DNA of 63,608 nt, the filler included, from Octopus bimaculoides (Eukaryota): NCBI RefSeq assembly GCF_001194135.2. It is 6 parts of 6 records of this genome, joined end to end, with 100 filler letters (N's around TTAATTAATTAA, not from the genome) between each part and the next. Parts side by side here need not be neighbours in the genome. Positions count along the whole stretch, not along the records: positions 60,526 to 63,608 come from NC_068985.1; 5 more parts are not named here. One strand, 5' to 3'. The notes beneath the pieces were generated by a model. That model saw nothing but the letters and a program-made list of their open reading frames with translations, was not told the DNA's origin and searched no databases. The translations under genes were made by a program, and so were the position numbers. How positions within the stretch are numbered: position 1 is the first letter of the stretch; the number at the start of each line of letters is the position of its first letter. This document shows positions 62,613-63,608 of this stretch, piece by piece.

Positions 62613-63608
62613 CTCAGTGAACTGAATTTTCGCATTTCACTATACAAATATATGGGAACCTAGTATATAAGTATATAATATAGCGAATGCTACTGCGATG
62701 TATTTTTCGTCTATCATATAGCATTTAAACAAATGGGTGTCGCTTTAATGAAAGTGTAAAGAACTCTTTGGTATGAGTGATAAAGAACTTTTTCAAGAAT
62801 ATATCAAATAAAGAATGCATAATTTAATGTTGAAGGGTAAATTATTATTTTTCAAATACCAAATATGAATTGCCGGCTAGTAGAGAATCGACGCTGTTAA
62901 TTTCTGAAACTGTGAGTCTACTGGTGTTAGCTAAGTTTCTATGGATTTGTTGTCGATCTGATGTCATCTATGTCATTATAATTAGATTTGGCTGTCATTA
63001 AAAAGATAACAGATTTTTCGGAACAATCAATATTGATAGGAGCATGTATGTATCAGTCACTAAATGGTGAATGACAGCTACATTTCAGGGTGTTGTCATT
63101 TGGATGCTCATAATTCAGATTATTTATTATATAAAAAAATAAGTTAATGGCTGATTTAGAATAAGCAAATTCTTTTTCTGATGAGTATCTAAAATTCTAA
63201 TAAATTTGGCTTCAAAATTTTTCTGTATATATGTTCAGGGGTAAGTGCATGCTTACAAGATGAAAAGATATTTTTTCAATCAAAGCACTCATAATAATTA
63301 CAATTAAAAATATTAACCTAAAACATAGAACAAACAAACTGACTTATTCCCAGCATGTCTTCATAAGCGTTTATACTCTGCAAAAATTTCACCAATGGGA
63401 TCCACAGATATAACTTCTTGAAAATAATACTATAGTGCTAAAGTGAACGCTATATTTGAATATATCACACTAAAACACACGCACGGGTTACAAGGACATA
63501 AATATATCCAAACTAGTTGTCAAGGGGTGTTGGGGGACAAACGCAAGCACAAAGGCACACACACTACAAACACATGATCACAGATATATATATATATATA
63601 TATATATA

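Overview
Eukaryotic, AT-rich, gap-rich scaffold dominated by microsatellites, tRNA-derived SINEs and decayed transposons. The repeat landscape looks like an Octopus (coleoid cephalopod) genome; this is an inference from remembered repeat sequences, not a database result. The only well-supported host gene is a + strand chain of five phase-compatible exons (25870-25940, 27945-28089, 30621-30689, 32782-34265, 36182-36310). They splice into 632 codons of acidic Ser/Asp/Asn/His-rich sequence ending in a transmembrane helix, an architecture like TANGO1/MIA3; both ends of the gene are missing. Recognisable TE remnants include Penelope-like, Tc1/mariner, R4/Dong, CR1/L2, RTE, Helitron and Helentron-type elements. 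The most notable unexplained structures are: (i) several minimal type I hammerhead-ribozyme motifs, three in one short dispersed repeat family with an extra core A and one compensatory stem I change, plus an unrelated one on the minus strand; (ii) a YAG|GTAAGT recursive-splice-like site near 11.5 kb; (iii) long near-perfect hairpins, two of them inside introns of the gene; (iv) an 87-bp minisatellite; (v) clustering of several element classes in (TAA)n tracts. Five TTAATTAATTAA strings flanked by Ns are assembly spacers. Coordinates of repeat copies are approximate (read by eye).
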